A stretch of DNA of 64,000 nucleotides from NCBI GenBank assembly GCA_965153355.1, contig OZ231126.1, forward strand, positions 42,594,001-42,658,000, given 5' to 3'. Positions 59,850 to 64,000 of the stretch are shown piece by piece. The first letter of the stretch is position 1. The number at the start of each line of letters is the position of its first letter. The translations under genes and the position numbers were made by a program. The stretch is from Flaccisagitta enflata (taxonomy: Eukaryota). Under the pieces are notes generated by a model, which was not told the DNA's origin, did no database searches, and saw only the letters and a list, made by a program, of their open reading frames with translations.

Positions 59850-60630
59850 TATCTAAGAATCCCGAATGTTTTTGCCTAGTCAATACATTTTGAGTTTTAC
59901 GGGTTTGAATTTTAGGGCCCTGGTAATTCTAAAAACTTCAAAATAATGACTTGTTATTTTTTAGATAAATGATTAACCTTAAAAATGGTCTAAGTTATGG
60001 TCACAAAAGAATCAGATTAGAAAATTTGAACTCAAAAAATCATTTTGGGGTTTTTGTTCTGGATTGTTTGGGTACCTAAAATTTAGTACGTTGAATGAAA
60101 AAGATCAAAACATTCTTCTGTGTTTGTGGATTCATGGACCCAAGAATAAAAAATTTCGTGGACCTAACCTTGACATGAAAAATAACAAAAATGGGTGGTT
60201 GGGCCAATTTTTGTTATTTTAGGCGAATTTTGGCGATTTTTGTTAAAAATGCTGCACCCATTCTACCAATTCATTTTTTTGGGGGCACATGAGTTGAGAT
60301 CCGCAATCTTGCCCTGATTAACCCAAAACACAGAATGAATGCTGGCCATCTTTTCTTGAATCTAAAATTATAGCACCCAAACCTCTAATTTCTGGATTTT
60401 ACCCTCTTAGGGCAAAACCCCAAAATGATTTTTTTGGTTCAAATTTTTTTCCTGATCTGATTTTTTAAAGAGTTCCTGGATTGACATCTTAAGATGTCCA
60501 TTTACTACAAAAAATGGCTGAGATATGGCTTTTTGAAGTTTTAGGGGTACCCAGGGCCCCCAAAATTTCAAACTCCCGTAAAACCCAAAACATTGGCCCA
60601 AGGGCAAAAATATTCGGGTTTCTTGGGGTA
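59850..60630. mobile_element. Old foldback element (degenerate ~300-bp inverted arms)
   Basis: gttttacgggtttgaattttagggccctgg...aaaaaatcattttggggtttt is inverted at ~60413-60585; ends not defined. Confidence 0.6.
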
Positions 60631-61179
60631 CCTTTCTTGGGGTACCTTTGTACTAAACATGAGCAAAATCTTGGGGTACCTTTGAGCAAAATCTTGGGGT
60701 ACTAAACATGAGCAAAATCTATTTTTTGAGTAGTGATGTGGAAGTGCTAAATTTTTGGCCAGCTTCCACTTCCATTTTCAAAAAATTTTTTGCTTCCGCT
60801 TCCGCTTCCATTTCAAAATTTTTTCCGCTTTCATTTCAAAATTTTTTTAAGCTTCAGCTTCCACTTCTGCTTCCATTTCAATTTTTGTTTCCGCTTCTGC
60901 TTACATCACTACTTCCACTATATAAAGCCTATATTATTTCATTTTATCTTATAACATAAAAGAACTTTAATTTTAATAGTACTTGATTTACGAGAAAATA
61001 AAGTCAAATTTAGATTCATTATTTTTAAAATGGCAAGTTTGTAAATCAAGAGATGAGCATAGCTGTTTAGCAGGCAAAGTTATAAGAAAATATAATTAAC
61101 TAAGTATTAATAATAATTCATAGGTTATAATGATGTTTTTAAATTGATGATAATAATTCTGTCTGTCTGTCTCTCTCTG

Positions 61180-61242
<63 letters not shown>

Positions 61243-61374
61243 TTTTCTCATTTTATCTTTTCATCTGTATCTTTCTCTCTTTCCCTCTCTCTTTCTTTCT
61301 CTCTCTCTTACTGTTTCTTTCTCTCTGTCTTTCTGTCTCTCTCTCTCTCTCTCTTACTGTTTCTTTCTCTCTGT

Positions 61375-61439
<65 letters not shown>

Positions 61440-61447
61440 TGTGTCTG

Positions 61448-61986
61448 TGTGATAGTCGATGCCCTTTTTTGTAGCCCCGCCATCTTTAGCCTATCATTGG
61501 CATCGTGGTTTATACCTCGTGAATGTTCAGTTGCCGTTCACTCGTCGTTCATTGGCTGACGTCATCATGTTAGTATTCATCCGCGCACACTTTATCGTTA
61601 TTGCCTTATTTGGACATTGCGTCACCCGTTTTGAACCGCTTCACTGTCGCTCTAGAAGTATCAATCCGCGTGGGTAAGGGTTGAGTTTGGGGACTATTTT
61701 CTGTATAGCTCTTAAATACCAGAGCGCGTGGTCGTTTGTCAGTAGCAGTTCGTGGTGCAAGTTTAACCGTCCGACTAATAATAAGTTGAAGTTGATATTG
61801 AATTATGTGCATTAAATTGTTGTATTTCTTTACGCCCTTTAGCCAAAGCCTAATGGTTTCACCCCCTTTTTGCCCCTCTTCAGTTTGACGTGTCGATGCG
61901 ATGAAATAAATGTTTTGCGTTCAACCACGTGCTTTTCAATAGACGGAAAGGATAAGCTACTCAATTCTCAAGCTAGAAATATAACA
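61448..61986 (+). mobile_element. Putative 5' LTR of a BEL/Pao retrotransposon
   Basis: Begins TGT right after a CT microsatellite and ends ...tataaCA; TTAAATA at ~61712, TCAGT initiator-like motif at ~61739, AATAAA at ~61905; lies upstream of gag. Boundaries are inferred because the 3' LTR is outside the window. Confidence 0.6.
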
Positions 61987-62654
61987 TAGTCAAATATTAC
62001 GGACTACGTCGCTCTTCTCTCATCGTTCATCGCGTCGGTCCAGTGAAATTAACGGACACGGTCACCGTCAATCGTCGCGGACCCGTCAATCGAAGCCTTT
62101 TGTTTGGGAGAGATAGAAAAAGTCTCCTTTTCCTCGTCACATCAAAGAGCCAAGGTCGGCTCTCTCTCTGTCCCCAGCTGGATTGAGAACAACGAAACAT
62201 CGCGAATCTCGAGTGGGAAATTAAAACTTTTCCTCCATCGTCTTAGAACATAAAGTTGGGCCTACCGTCTGCCCTTCTTTAGTCGCTGCTTCTTCGCCTA
62301 AAAGTAAGAGAGAATATCGCGATTTCAAGTAAAAGTTAATACGTCTTTTCGTCGTGTTTAAGTGAACACGTGGGCCATCGTGAGTTGATCTTGCATTGGC
62401 CCAAAGTCAAACGGAAAAGTTGTATCTCCTCTTTCTCCGTGTGTCAATTCATCAAGTTTTTCTCTCTCTTAATCCATCCATTGTCCGTCGGTCCAAACAT
62501 CGGAGTATGTCTTCGTAGTTTGGCCCGTCATCGTTAATCTCCCTCTTCACCGGTGGTAAAAGTAACTCACCACCGCCCGTCGCTTCTATTGTTGTTCATC
62601 GATCAATGACTGTTGTTCTCCGACGATTGACTGTTATCTACCGCGGTCTGAGGA

Positions 62655-62891
62655 ATGACCCGTAGCACAAACAAGGAAACGCTTGATCGGTTCATTGCTC
62701 TCTCTGAACAAATTGGGGAGAAAGAAGAGACCGACGACGACTACAGTAATCTCGCCGATCAGTTTAATTCTCTTCTCGCCGATTTACTACTTCATTTCGA
62801 TACATTTTCGCCCGAACAAAGACAAAGGACGAAGGAATACAAAGTAAGGAGTAAGAGAATTATATGTGCGCTTCATCAAAGCTCACACTGA
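62655..62891 (+). CDS. 78-aa upstream ORF of the retrotransposon, probably the frameshifted N-terminus of gag
   Basis: ATG start; RFI...DDDY...FNSLL...FSPEQR matches the start of the overlapping long frame (RFI...DDDY...FNSLL...FTPAQR). Confidence 0.6.
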   Translation: MTRSTNKETLDRFIALSEQIGEKEETDDDYSNLADQFNSLLADLLLHFDTFSPEQRQRTKEYKVRSKRIICALHQSSH

Positions 62892-64000
62892 CTTGGATCG
62901 TTTCTTAAAAGGGACCGAATCTGCCGACGACGATTATACAGTAGCCGGCAATAATTTTAACTCTCTTCTTAAAGAAGCACTCGATAATCTTCCCTCATTT
63001 ACACCCGCCCAACGCCGTTTCATCGAAGATAGCAAAAGAAAGACTTTTCTTCCTAAACATCGTTTGGCCCGTTGTCGTGCACGTAGCCGGTCACAGTCCC
63101 GGTCACGTTCTCCCTCAGTCTCTCGACAACCGAGTCTCTCTTCGGAGGAAAGTTTTGCGTCGACATCTACGAATTCAACCGTCACAATGGGCGACGCCGC
63201 GAAAAAGAAAGCGGACGAAGAGGCGGCAAAGAAAGTCGCCGATGCTTCGCTGAATAAGAGTACCGGCTCTACTGCTTCAGCCGCCCGCCTCGCCGTCCTA
63301 AAATTAAAAATGTCCGAAGCCGCCGATGCCGCCGAAATGGAACAAGACCTGTTACGATCGGAACAGTTAAAATTAAAGCACTCCCTCCGAAGCCAGAAAC
63401 GCGCTCTTTTGCAAGAAGCAATCGAGGAATTGGATGATGCCGAATTAGCCGAGGGTCTCGCATCCCTCGATGTGGACGACGCAGCTGCTCTGCCGACTCC
63501 CGCGCCCGCTGCTGCAGCCGCAGCCGCGACACCGCCGTCCGCCGATATCTCTCAACTGGTGGGCAGCCAAAGATTAAAGAATACGACGCCGACTGCCGCT
63601 GAAAAGTTTAGCGGCGGCCCGGAGGCGTACTCGCGTTTTATCGTCAAGTTTCAAAGCCACGTCATGAATCTTCAAGGAGTCACTGACGCAGAACGATTCG
63701 TCGCCCTTCAAGACTGGACCGCCGGTGAAGCTCTCAAGATGGTCTCCACTTACATCTACAATCCAGATAAGTCCGAGTCATTGAAAGAAGCCTTAGATGA
63801 GTTGAAATTTTTCTATGGCAAGCGCCAAGGGAAGGCTGAGGGCAACTTGGCCAAGATTTTGGAGGGAAAGGAGGTCCAAACGAATTCAATTGAGGGAGTG
63901 AAGGAGTTAATCCAAGAGATTAAGGAGATGGCAGCTTTTGCCAAGGCGACAAAGGATGATTCATTTTTGGAGTTGAAAGCCACAGTGGTATCAATAGTTA
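62848..64000 (+). CDS. gag: BEL/Pao-type Gag (DUF1759-like), open to the window end; first ATG at 63187
   Basis: No stop from 62848 to the end (missed by the ORF track because it is unterminated). Manual translation contains KFSGGPEAYSRFIVKFQSHV..TDAERFVALQDWTAGEALKMV..LKEALDELKFFYG, matching the F.G.P..Y..F...F / L...L.G.A / A...L...(F/Y)G pattern of BEL/Pao gag. Confidence 0.85.

Noticed and set aside
60731-60911. tagtgatgt...acatcacta small hAT-like element with gcttcc repeats
   Set aside because: Short IR only; the flanks (tttttgag / cttccact) show no TSD.

Overview
Eukaryotic (metazoan-like, probably invertebrate) repeat-rich DNA with no confidently identifiable host gene. Almost all ORFs in the supplied track are translations of microsatellites. 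The dominant structure is a giant inverted duplication: left arm 5480-19395 and right arm 38094-54037, separated by an ~18.7-kb spacer of nested non-autonomous DNA transposons and satellite-like arrays. The arms have diverged by point mutation, microsatellite and minisatellite length change, and at least eight arm-specific insertions. Each arm therefore supplies the empty site for insertions in the other, which exposes their target-site rules: Helentron/DINE-1-like elements in T-runs, a TA-flanked foldback MITE, and two elements with 8-bp TSDs. The window also holds several TA-flanked MITEs and a Transib-like element with CACTGTG/CACAGTG termini. At the right end is the 5' part of a BEL/Pao LTR retrotransposon, whose gag is preceded by an out-of-frame ORF carrying a duplicate of the same ~55-aa domain. 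The duplication may be real or a misjoin of two haplotypes; sequence alone cannot decide. All alignments and counts were done by eye.
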